This document shows positions 10,654 through 19,534 of a DNA stretch of 64,000 nucleotides, piece after piece. Every line of letters begins with the position of its first letter. The first letter of the stretch is position 1. Under the pieces are notes generated by a model that did not search any database, was not told where the DNA came from, and worked only from the letters and a program-made list of their open reading frames with translations. The DNA comes from a virus (lineage: Duplodnaviria > Caudoviricetes), in IMG/VR virus record IMGVR_UViG_3300046528_000065, positions 25,164 through 89,163 of that record; one strand, given 5' to 3'. The position numbers were made by a program, and so were the translations under genes.

Positions 10654-11221
10654 GCTCTCTATTCCCTATTGAATAACCCACTTCTGAGCCTGTTCTAAGG
10701 CTCTACAGCATGCCTACACATGCATTGTGCTATGGCCCTACATGGCATGGCTTCAACAGGCTAGAGAGGCGCTATATAGGCCACATACGGCAGGCTATCA
10801 ATTAGGCTCAAAGCTAGACTACATGCGGCATACAAGCATTCTGTACAGAGTGCTATCTAATGGACTGTCCATCATAGTGGACAAGCTTTCCAGTATAGTG
10901 GATTGTCTGTATTGCATGCTTTGGCGTTAGACCACAATTCGTCCCTTCTTCGTTTCTTCGCCACCCTTGGCACCAACGAGGCACATTTAATAGGGACAGA
11001 GTGGTGCTATCGAGTGCCTATCAAATGAACATATGAACACCTATTCACATGTTGAAATGTGGCGAAGGGACGATCTACAGCAGCAGGACAGCGCCTGGAG
11101 GGGAGCTAGGGAGGCGAGAGGGGGAGGCTATGCAGGACGCAGGCAGAGGGATGGCAAGAGCAGCGATCCGGTAGGATCAATGCCAGGGAGGGCGCTATAG
11201 CTGGCTAGGAGGGACCTAGGC

Positions 11222-11256
11222 GGGGCAAGGAAGGGGCACAGAGGGGGAATGGGGGG
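11222..11256 (+). other. Canonical G-quadruplex motif within a G/A-skewed non-coding tract
   Basis: GGGG-N7-GGGG-N6-GGGGG-N3-GGGGGG. Confidence 0.7.
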
Positions 11257-11557
11257 CAAGCTGGCAGGGAGGGACGCTGGAGGGATGGCTAGAGTGCGAC
11301 GAGGAATGGGCGCTAGGAGTAGGCTATTCGGCTGCTCATGCACAAATCGATACGGGCATTTGAACTTGTTTATGAGTCCGCATGCCATATTTTTTAGGCA
11401 GGGAAGGGGTGGATATTGGGCATCACCGGGCACTGTTAGACCGCACAGGAGCCATTGCCCCGAAACAAGGAAGTAGTCCCCTCGATATATTTACCAGATG
11501 GCCTGGAAGCAACTCCACGAAGAGGGTCACTTCTCAAAAATTTTTATAGCCAAAATG

Positions 11558-11594
11558 CAAAAATGGAGGTTGCCTCAAAAAGAAGCACCTCCAC
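11558..11594 (-). terminator. Intrinsic terminator downstream of the serine recombinase
   Basis: On the minus strand TGGAGGTGC...GCAACCTCCA followed by TTTTTGCATTTT. Confidence 0.6.
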
Positions 11595-11691
11595 CTGGAT
11601 ATTTTCATGCTGCTATTTAGAAATATGTCTTTCTAATCAGCACACTACAAAGATTTTCTAAAGTTGTTTCTAGGACTCACCTCCACCTGGA
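11586..11691. repeat. 14-bp direct repeat CACCTCCACCTGGA (11586-11599, 11678-11691) containing the dyad TCCA-CC-TGGA
   Basis: Exact match; the second copy overlaps the last codons of the recombinase. Confidence 0.8.
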
Positions 11692-12339
11692 AATCACGCG
11701 GCAAACGCTAGTTGCGCTCCATTCCCCACCGCGAGCTGTCGGGGTGCATTGCTCATTCAGTTCCTGAGCGATTTCCGCATACGTCATCCCGCACGTAACC
11801 ATGCGCTCAATAGGTGGCCTCACTTTGGCAGCGAACCTATCAGCCTTCTCTTTGAGCACCGAGACAGCCTTCTGGCGTGCTTCATCCAGATTGGTACGGT
11901 TGCCCAGGATGACACCACGCGCTTTAGCTGCTGCCAACCCTGCCTTGGTCCTCACCCCAATCATCTCACGTTCTTTGGAAGCCAAGCCGCTGAAAATGAT
12001 TTCCACAAATGGGTCGGCATCCTCACCCTGCTCGATTGCCACCACCTTCTTTGACTTCATCAGCGAGCGGGAGATATCGAAGTCACGACTGGCCCTGTCG
12101 CTCTTGGTGACAACCACTTGGGCCTTCATCTTCTTTGCCATCGCCAGGGCAGTGGACATGACAGGACGATCCTTTAACGGAGTTGCACCAGAAATCACCT
12201 CGTCCATGATAGTGATTAAGTTATACCCATGATGCTTTGCCCAGCGCTCGATTTCTGCACGCTGACTATCGAGGCCATTTTTGGACAGGCCCTGCTCACG
12301 GGTGCTGACGCGACAAACTCCGATGAAAGATTTGGTCAT
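11677..12339 (-). CDS. Serine recombinase (resolvase catalytic domain plus short C-terminal recombinase/HTH DNA-binding domain)
   Basis: VCRVSTREQ (catalytic Ser), VVTKSDRASR, E-helix EREMIGVRTKAGL..AKARG, C-terminal IAQELN...TARGGEWSATSV. Confidence 0.92.
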   Translation of the reverse strand: MTKSFIGVCRVSTREQGLSKNGLDSQRAEIERWAKHHGYNLITIMDEVISGATPLKDRPVMSTALAMAKKMKAQVVVTKSDRASRDFDISRSLMKSKKVVAIEQGEDADPFVEIIFSGLASKEREMIGVRTKAGLAAAKARGVILGNRTNLDEARQKAVSVLKEKADRFAAKVRPPIERMVTCGMTYAEIAQELNEQCTPTARGGEWSATSVCRVISRWR

Positions 12340-12391
12340 GGTGTGGCTCCTAGATACGTTTAGATATGTGTATGGTACACAAATGAAAACG

Positions 12392-12859
12392 CTATGTCAA
12401 CAGCGATTCACCATGAGTCTTCAACAAACCTTCGGCCCTTGCCCACACGTTCTGCACGGACGACGTGTACCACTTGGCGTCTCGGTAAGTCTTTACGTCA
12501 TTGTTGTTAAGATGTTCCGCCAACTGGTAGAGCGTCATACCTTGATCCCTGAGTGGCTTAATAATCTTGTAAATCTTCAAGGCAAATTCATTTGCAGCCT
12601 TAACCATAGATTCCCCACCCTTCTTTGCGGCTTCAGCGAGGTTAGTCTGGTTCCCGAGTACAACTCCCCTTTCCTTGGCCCTGCGAAGACCTTCTTTGGT
12701 AAGCTCGGCATGATTGTCTCTACGCTTCCAGCCACCTTCGTGAACACGGTCGTGGCAGCAGCCACACAGAGGGACTGTTTGTGTGCCACCTAAACTTTGA
12801 GGAATTACGTGGTGATCTTCTGTTGCAGGCTTACCGCATTCAAAACATTTCTTATCCAT
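12392..12859 (-). CDS. HNH endonuclease domain fused to a serine-recombinase C-terminal arm and DNA-binding domain
   Basis: CFECG...DHHVIPQSLGG...VPLCGCCHDRVH, then TKEGL..AKERGVVLGNQTNL...GMTL..LA..LN; start at 12859 with SD AGAAAGG. Confidence 0.85.
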   Translation of the reverse strand: MDKKCFECGKPATEDHHVIPQSLGGTQTVPLCGCCHDRVHEGGWKRRDNHAELTKEGLRRAKERGVVLGNQTNLAEAAKKGGESMVKAANEFALKIYKIIKPLRDQGMTLYQLAEHLNNNDVKTYRDAKWYTSSVQNVWARAEGLLKTHGESLLT

Positions 12860-13034
12860 GATAGCCTTTCTTATATTATACAAGCCAAACAATACGTTTA
12901 GCCTTCTTAATACAACAATGTTATCACGGAAAGTTTTGTTGTCAAATAACAAGCCCTGTCAACTAACAGCACAAACAAAAAGGCCCGCCAACAGAGAACA
13001 TTCCCGTTCCCCGCCAACAGGCCCTTCTCACCAG

Positions 13035-14878
13035 TCACTTGCTCGCAACACCGTCACCGAAGCCTTCATCATACCCGTCGCTCCAGCTTGTATCGACATC
13101 CCTGTAGTATGCCACCTCCTCACGAAGCTCTTGCAGCAAATCCTCAGCATCCTCCCAGCGCACGTAGCGCCCATAAGAAACAGGAAGCTCTCCAGCATCA
13201 TTGATTTCGTATCGTTGAATGTCAGTCATCGCATCACCAATCAATTAGCCGAATCGAGCGCAGCATCCCAACGCTCGTCAAACTCCAACTTAGAAACAAT
13301 CCCTGGATTCTCAAGCTCCGCAATCCTAGCCTTCAGTTCCCTCACCTCCTCCAAATAATCTCCATGAGCCACATACTGCCCATTCTTGGCTTCCTCCAGT
13401 CCGAGGTAACCGACCTTGTATCGTTTAATCTCAGTCATGTTTACTCCCATTAGCATAACCTTCTTCCCAACCCTTATCGTAAGCATCTTCCCTGGCAATC
13501 GCAATGTCATCCTTCAGCTTCAAGATTTCCACTTTCATGTCTTGGACAACTTTCAAGTGGTCGTCATACAGCACATAGTCGCCCCACTCGCTCTCTTCTA
13601 TGCCATAGTCTCTGTCATCTTCGTAACGCTGAATTGTTTGCTCGCAAACGCTCTCACTCATAAGCCCTCCTTCTTCCGAAAAGAAAACGTAGTCTCCCAG
13701 TGCTTGTAGTCACAGGTCTCCACAAGCTCGTAGTCGGAAATATTCTTATCTTGATTCTGTAAAATCCACTGTGCAGCGAAGCATTCTTTGTTCTGTGCCA
13801 GTGTACGTTGTGCTAGTAGGACGATTTCTGTAATGCTAGTCATCACAGCCTCCACGAATAATTAGAGTCCCTGCCATCGCTATATCCGCTACTACGTGCA
13901 TTCTGCAACTCTTGTGCATGCAGCCTCTTGATGCGCTCAATCATGCCGATATAATCCGAGAACGCCACCCACTCCACACCATCACGCATATATCGCTGAA
14001 TCTGATATGGGTCATTAGCCTTCTTGTCAGCCTCGCGCTGTTCAGCCTGCTTCTTGAACCTTGCCATCAGTTCTTCAAATTCTTTAGTCCCCTCTTTATA
14101 CATCAAATCACCTCCCTAAGTTTCTCCACCAATGACAGGCGTGCAACGCCTTGCATAACTTGCCCCCTAATCTCATCCTCCGTGTGCTCCCTATCTACCT
14201 TATCTTCAAACCGCTGCTTAAATCCCTTCGGCAGAAGAAGCTCGACATCCACGCCTAGCGTGACACCTGCCACAGCACCTGCAATGTCCACACCTGTCTG
14301 CCCTCCTGAACGAATTTGCTTCAGCGGGTAATACTCTCCCACTTGTGCGAGGATTTTGTAGACATACAAATTGGCTTCCTCTTGTGACATCTTCTTGTGC
14401 AGCGTGTAAATACCATTACCTGCCACGTTGATTGTTGCAGGGGCTTTACTCCCGTTCCTAGCGAGACGCTTAAATAGCAGCCGCGCATTCTCAATCCAAG
14501 GAAGCACAGGATCAAGCTTCAAATACTTCTCCCCAGCCGCCTTACGCGTCAGCTTCTCTCCGGCTGTACTATAATCGACAGCAATGGCAATTGTCACGTC
14601 GCCCTTTGCAGCATTGACGTATGTGCGAGGGGCGTAGCTGCTGCTTGTGTGTTCAAGGATGGTTAGTGTCATTAGTCGTCCTCTGCACTGTACGGACTGC
14701 GATCTTCGTCACCAAGATCGATTGAGAAAATAGACGAGTCATCAAGCCGCTCTTTTAACTCTTCAATTTCAGATTGAAGTTTCTTGACCTCTTGAACGTA
14801 GTCGCCATGCTGGACGAACCTCCCTCTTTTGGACTCCTCCAAACCGAGGTATCCCACATTGTAGCGTTTAATGTCCAT
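13035..14878 (-). CDS. Five paralogous small proteins (13035-13229, 13241-13438, 13431-13661, 13843-14106, 14672-14878), interspersed with 13658-13855 and the SLOG gene
   Basis: Shared I(K/Q)RY...G.(Y/F/W)V...D motif and coiled coil; several end in aromatic-D/E-G repeats. Confidence 0.7.
14103..14672 (-). CDS. SLOG-superfamily (putative molybdenum carrier-like) protein, apparently circularly permuted
   Basis: IRSGGQTGVDIAG motif lies C-terminal to Y..RT..N and INVAGN motifs. Confidence 0.65.
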   Translation of the reverse strand: MTLTILEHTSSSYAPRTYVNAAKGDVTIAIAVDYSTAGEKLTRKAAGEKYLKLDPVLPWIENARLLFKRLARNGSKAPATINVAGNGIYTLHKKMSQEEANLYVYKILAQVGEYYPLKQIRSGGQTGVDIAGAVAGVTLGVDVELLLPKGFKQRFEDKVDREHTEDEIRGQVMQGVARLSLVEKLREVI

Positions 14879-15610
14879 AGCATCCCTCCTTCAATTCAAG
14901 AATTAACCCCGTCACCGCAGCCATCGTCCACTTAGCGTTATTCTCAAGAAAATAATCAATCCCCGTATAATGGGCCTTGAACGTCTCATTATCAATGCAG
15001 CATTTCTTCATTGCTTTCCTAATACCCTTTGCAGAGGCTGGTTCGTTGTATGTGGGCATTCTCACTTTATACTTGGACGCAAGTTCACTCCAATGAGGCA
15101 TATCGAGATAATCAAGTTTGTAGAGGTGCTCGTTTTCCTTGTTAAAGGCCGCTGTATCAGCCCGTTTCTTGTGTGCCGCTGCCAGATATTCTGCACGCTG
15201 CTCTGCTGGCATGTCATAGAACGCCATAAGCCCCTTTCATAGTAGTGTTTTGAAGGCTAAAATCAATTTGTTGTCCCTAGGACGTAGGTTGAGACAGCCT
15301 CGTGTGTTTAAAGCGTTTTGTGCGTTATTTATCAATAGAGAAGCGATTCCTTAATCTTATACTTGTAGAACTCGTCGCCCTTGCTAAGCTCTCCGTTCGG
15401 CCCCAGCCAATCCAGAACAACTCGTGCCACTTCTGTGTGGAAGAAGTAGTCTGCGCTGCCTCTAACACTTTTTGTGGGTAGAGAATGGTCAAGGTAGTGC
15501 CTGATAGGAGGCTCGCAAATTGTTGTAGTGCCAACTGACAAGCTAGACTGGTTTGGATACTCTGCGATGAATTTGAAGAATTCCCCCTTGCTTACTGTTT
15601 TGAACATCAT
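14868..15610 (-). CDS. Hypothetical proteins 14868-15227 and 15332-15610
   Basis: ORFs with SD sequences in the operon orientation. Confidence 0.65.
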
Positions 15611-16161
15611 TTCCTCCCTTTCGTCAATTCATCGAAACGTCTCATAAAGTAAATATAACTCATATGACTATCCCAAGCAATAATACTATTCGGGTAAGCC
15701 TCATAGCCAACATAACATTCTTCCTTCACACATGGCTGCATATCGCGCCTCTCCGCTAGGAAAACTTTGATGTCGGCATCCTTCACACATGCATGTAGAG
15801 GAAACTTGACACCAAATCGCTTGCACAAGTCTGCCTCAGCACGCTTCTCAAGCTCGATGTAGCCAGGAAGAAGCCGCTTCAGAGGGCTGGGGACATCTGC
15901 CATGAACGCTTCTACACTGTCGTGAAGGAGGCCCGCCAGGGCGTGTTCCTCTGGCACCACTTTGCTGACGATGACGCTATGCTGTGCGACGCTGTAGGCT
16001 CTAGCAGTTTGTCCGCTGAAGCGCGCCGTGTGGGACAGGCCCCTTGCGATATCCGTAATGTCATAGCGGCTTCGCTCAGGGCATTCGTAGTCGAAGTGGC
16101 CTCCGTTGAGAAGGCTGATGGACGTGGAGTTCACTCTTCTTCCTCGTCTTTTCGCTTGCAC
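15607..16161 (-). CDS. HD-domain phosphohydrolase (YfbR/YfdR-like 5'-deoxynucleotidase)
   Basis: DIARGLS..ARFSG, YSVAQHS, LLHDSVEAFMADVPSPLK, DADIKVFLAERRD. Confidence 0.85.
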   Translation of the reverse strand: MQAKRRGRRVNSTSISLLNGGHFDYECPERSRYDITDIARGLSHTARFSGQTARAYSVAQHSVIVSKVVPEEHALAGLLHDSVEAFMADVPSPLKRLLPGYIELEKRAEADLCKRFGVKFPLHACVKDADIKVFLAERRDMQPCVKEECYVGYEAYPNSIIAWDSHMSYIYFMRRFDELTKGRK

Positions 16162-16367
16162 TCTATGCCGAATTCTAGCAAACCGACTTCAATCTCATCT
16201 GTCGTCAAGTTTTCTATGATATCTAAGGCAAACTGGTAAAATCCCTCGTTCATATTCCCTCCTAAATTTGTACTGTACAGCCACTGTATCCCAAAATTCT
16301 TGTGCGTGCAAGCAATTTGTAAGACTTCCTGTCCCACAAATAGAAAAGCCGCCCGAAGGCGGCCCTG

Positions 16368-17015
16368 TTATGCTTCTTGTGGCTGTTCTGCTTCGACAGA
16401 TTTCTTACGAGTGGCGCGAGGTTTCTTTGCAGGAGCGTTCATCTTCTTTACGGCTGCTGCAATGATTTCGTCACGCCTCTGAAAGCGTTCCATTGCCTCC
16501 TCTGCCGTCAGGTAGAACTCCTTGCCATCCAGCACGCGCGCAATCTCGCTAGGCGTGAGGAATCCCGCGTAAATCTCGTTCACCAGCCGTTCGATAGATT
16601 TAGTGCTGTGCACAACATTTGCGTCCATGTTACCACTATGCCCATAGAAACCATAGCTTGCCGTATGAATCATGATCGTGGTGTAGGGATTGATATACAC
16701 CTCGTGAGCAAGCATCATAAGAATCGTGCCCGCTGATGCAGTGTCAGACTCTACGTGCATGGCAATGTGCGCTTCAGTAGTACGCATTGCTTCGATGAGA
16801 GGGATGATTGCGTGCAAGGCCCCACCATCAGTAGAGAGCCGGATGTGGGCAATGTCACCTTCCTGGGCGTTGTTCAGGTAGTCCACCAGTGTAGCAAACT
16901 GACGCACGTCTGTAAATCCATCGTCAATCGTGCATTGGTAGCATTGATTCAGCGGGATTGCTTTCACCTCGAAAGGCTCAACTTCTCGCTTAAGAAGTTT
17001 AAAAAGATCGGTCAT
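16368..17015 (-). CDS. clpP: ClpP-like protease subunit
   Basis: LSTDGG, TASAGTILM (catalytic Ser), IMIHTAS, EFYLTAEEA. Confidence 0.85.
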   Translation of the reverse strand: MTDLFKLLKREVEPFEVKAIPLNQCYQCTIDDGFTDVRQFATLVDYLNNAQEGDIAHIRLSTDGGALHAIIPLIEAMRTTEAHIAMHVESDTASAGTILMMLAHEVYINPYTTIMIHTASYGFYGHSGNMDANVVHSTKSIERLVNEIYAGFLTPSEIARVLDGKEFYLTAEEAMERFQRRDEIIAAAVKKMNAPAKKPRATRKKSVEAEQPQEA

Positions 17016-17024
17016 GGTTCCTCC

Positions 17025-17309
17025 TTAATTAGTTCGCTTGGCCCACTCGACGGCTTTAACAATGATGTCGCCGTGGCAGGGTTTGGGTTTGCAGAAGCAG
17101 CCGAGAGTTTTGCCATCCAGTTCTCGCAGTTGCTCAAGAGTCACTTCGCCGTTCTTGACGAGGTTAAAGAGATGTGCGCGGTACTTCTCAATCACAACGT
17201 CTCTCGTGTCGCCAGCAGCATCGTTGATTGCAAAAGGGTTGCCCCAAACACTCCCTCTGCCAATGTAGACATCGTAAGGTTCTCTGTATTTATTAACAAC
17301 CTTGCACAA
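17025..17309 (-). CDS. DUF4326 domain protein
   Basis: YDVYIGRGSVWGNPF...LDGKTLGCFCKPKPCHGDII. Confidence 0.85.
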   Translation of the reverse strand: MCKVVNKYREPYDVYIGRGSVWGNPFAINDAAGDTRDVVIEKYRAHLFNLVKNGEVTLEQLRELDGKTLGCFCKPKPCHGDIIVKAVEWAKRTN

Positions 17310-17319
17310 AGGAGCCTCC

Positions 17320-18099
17320 TTAATTGTTGTAGTACATCTTCACGAAAGCTTTGCAAAGCCCTGACCTGACAACATCAGCAGGCGTGAACGTCACAATACC
17401 GATGTTATCGTCCAAACACTGAACATCACTATCGTCAAGATATTCCGGTTGGCTGTCCAGCATGCGGGCGATGAGGTCGATTGTGCTAATCAACCCACTT
17501 GCACCCTTCAGGTCATTCTGCTTCTGATCGCCCGTGAATACAAACTGGGAAGCATCTCCAATACGAGAAAGAATCATTTCCAGTTCGTCAGAGGTGAGGT
17601 TTTGGCTTTCCTCTACAATCACCATCGCACGCTCTACACTCATACCACGCATATGTTCGATGCTCAGCATCTCTACAACATTCTTTTCAGTGCAGTAGGT
17701 GAGGAAACTTTGTCCCATGAATGTTGCAAGGTGAGAGAGCGTCTGCTTGAAGAAAGGCAGCAATTTCTCCTCCAAGGTGCCCGGTAGCATACCCAACGAC
17801 TTGCCCGTAGAAACATTGGCACGCACGAGATAAATCTTATCAATCTTCTTCAGGCGAAGCTGCTCAGCAGCGTAGTAGGCAGCAATGAAACTCTTGCCCG
17901 TACCTGCTGAGCCTTGTGCAAACACCACCTGACGGCCTTCCCGTAAGAATGCTAACAATTGCTTCTGCCGAGGGTTGGCAGGTTCCAGTTTTGTGGCATG
18001 TTGCTGCCGAGGGACAACCACTTCTCCGTGTACAACGGGAAGAACTTCTCCCACTTTTTCGCGCCTAGACATGCGCTCCTGCCGTTTGTTTCGAGACAT
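17320..18099 (-). CDS. phoH: PhoH-like ATPase
   Basis: Walker A GSAGTGKS, LGMLPGTLEEK, HMRGMS, EESQN, GDQKQNDL. Confidence 0.92.
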   Translation of the reverse strand: MSRNKRQERMSRREKVGEVLPVVHGEVVVPRQQHATKLEPANPRQKQLLAFLREGRQVVFAQGSAGTGKSFIAAYYAAEQLRLKKIDKIYLVRANVSTGKSLGMLPGTLEEKLLPFFKQTLSHLATFMGQSFLTYCTEKNVVEMLSIEHMRGMSVERAMVIVEESQNLTSDELEMILSRIGDASQFVFTGDQKQNDLKGASGLISTIDLIARMLDSQPEYLDDSDVQCLDDNIGIVTFTPADVVRSGLCKAFVKMYYNN

Positions 18100-18185
18100 T
18101 GATAACCCTCGTGTTAGTGTTGAAAGACATCCCTGGCGGGACGAAAGAGATGCGCTTAGATTATCATACGACTCCTAAATGTCAA

Positions 18186-18970
18186 TTAGTGAGGCTCCAA
18201 CCATTCTACGCGGTCTGAGTAATTTATTCCCTCCAGCCCGCAGTTTTCCATGTACAGCCTGACGAGGTAATACCCATCAATAAGGTCTACGGCCCCGATG
18301 TCTGTAATGTAGGTAAAACTGTAGTCATACCTCACCAGAGTGCCTCTGCGGAGCTTCCAAATCTCAACTTCCGCGTTAGCAAACTTAACCAGCATCGCCA
18401 TCCTCCTTCTTCCAACGCTTAGTACGATTGGCCGCCAAGTTCTCCTGCATAACTTGCTTAGTGCGATCTTGCTTCCCAGCTTCAGCCTTGTTGACACGCT
18501 GCTGCATCAGTGCAATCGATTCTTCATCCCGATACATTTCCACTTCGTAGTAGGTGAAGGCCGCGTTAGGGCACACTTCCTGGCTGACAGTCCAGCCGTA
18601 TGTCATCAGTTCTGCCATCTCGTACAGGATGACGGGAAAGGATGGGTTGACGAGCAATTTTGTTTCTTTCATTTTGTGTTCTCCTTATCGTGCAAGTAAA
18701 TTTCCCCGAAGCGGCTGTCTTCCAGGGCGTTTAGGTTGTCTTCGGACCTCTCATAGGCTTCTACGAGCAAATCGAGATAGGTGGGCGTGTCGTCTTCAAA
18801 CATTAGCGGTCCACTACAGCCATGACGCGGCGATACACATTTTCACTGGCATCGCCCTGCACAAGCAGGCTCCTTACCTCTTCGATAGCGATGCTGTGCG
18901 TGTCCACGTAACTAACGTTCACTTGGTGCAGACCCTCTTCATCGCGGTAGAACACTCTTACATTGTTCAT
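18186..18970 (-). CDS. Small hypothetical proteins (about 18186-18398, 18385-18672, 18669-18803, 18803-18970)
   Basis: Overlapping start/stop junctions downstream of a leftward promoter. Confidence 0.6.
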
Positions 18971-19001
18971 TCTTTCTCCTTAAAATTGTTGAGACAGACG
19001 A

Positions 19002-19078
19002 ACTTTAGAGGAAAGATTGCCTACTGTCAAGGGCGAAAATGCTTGCTTGTTTGACTTTTGTGTTTCTTAGGCTACAAT
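19002..19078. promoter_or_regulatory. Divergent promoter pair: leftward TTGACA-17-TAAAGT (19030-19002) and rightward TTGACT-16-TACAAT (19051-19078)
   Basis: Hexamers at the strand switch between the - strand block and the packaging block. Confidence 0.7.
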
Positions 19079-19108
19079 TCAACTGTTAAGAATTTTAAGG
19101 AGCAACCT

Positions 19109-19492
19109 GTGGGTAAGCTTGTAACAACAAAAGAAAAGCCATTGTTCCGGCAGACTCACGAGCTTGCCAAGGCTGTGAGGAGCCTCAAGAGGCTGTCTAC
19201 CAAGGCGATTGAGGTGCTTGAGAAGGCCCTAACTAGTAACGATGAGAAGACTAGGATGCTGGCAGCCGACAAGATTCTTAGCTACTATGAAAAGATGGCT
19301 AAGGAAACAAACCAAGACCAACTCAACAGGCTCATCCTGGAAATTAAGAGCTCGGGGATGATTGGACAAGGCTCTACAGCGGACGATGATGACACCCCTG
19401 TGCTCAACTTTGACGAGATTCACCCTTCGTTCAGGGATGTATCGGATGCTGAGAATGTTGTAGATTTGAGCGATGTGAACAAGATTGGTTAA
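19109..19492 (+). CDS. Putative terminase small subunit
   Basis: Helical 127-aa protein (GTG start, SD AAGGAG) heading the late block upstream of terL; assignment is positional. Confidence 0.5.
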   Translation: MGKLVTTKEKPLFRQTHELAKAVRSLKRLSTKAIEVLEKALTSNDEKTRMLAADKILSYYEKMAKETNQDQLNRLILEIKSSGMIGQGSTADDDDTPVLNFDEIHPSFRDVSDAENVVDLSDVNKIG

Positions 19493-19499
19493 GAATTGT

Positions 19500-19528
19500 T
19501 TGACAAGAATCTTATAAGGGTGTACAAT
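19500..19528 (+). promoter_or_regulatory. sigma70 promoter for the RNA island
   Basis: TTGACA-17-TACAAT; predicted +1 near 19535. Confidence 0.75.
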
Positions 19529-19534
19529 TCTGTT

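Noticed and set aside
11677-12339. Tail-fibre invertase (Gin/Cin-like) system
   Set aside because: The recombinase is over 30 kb from the fibre gene and no inverted repeats or alternative fibre cassettes were seen.
15607-16161. DatZ / 2-aminoadenine (Z-genome) pathway
   Set aside because: The HD hydrolase fits the YfdR type and no PurZ or MazZ is visible in the window.
18669-18803. Further copy of the intergenic motif (ctcgatttg)
   Set aside because: The segment is a coupled 44-aa minus-strand ORF, so the resemblance is probably incidental.
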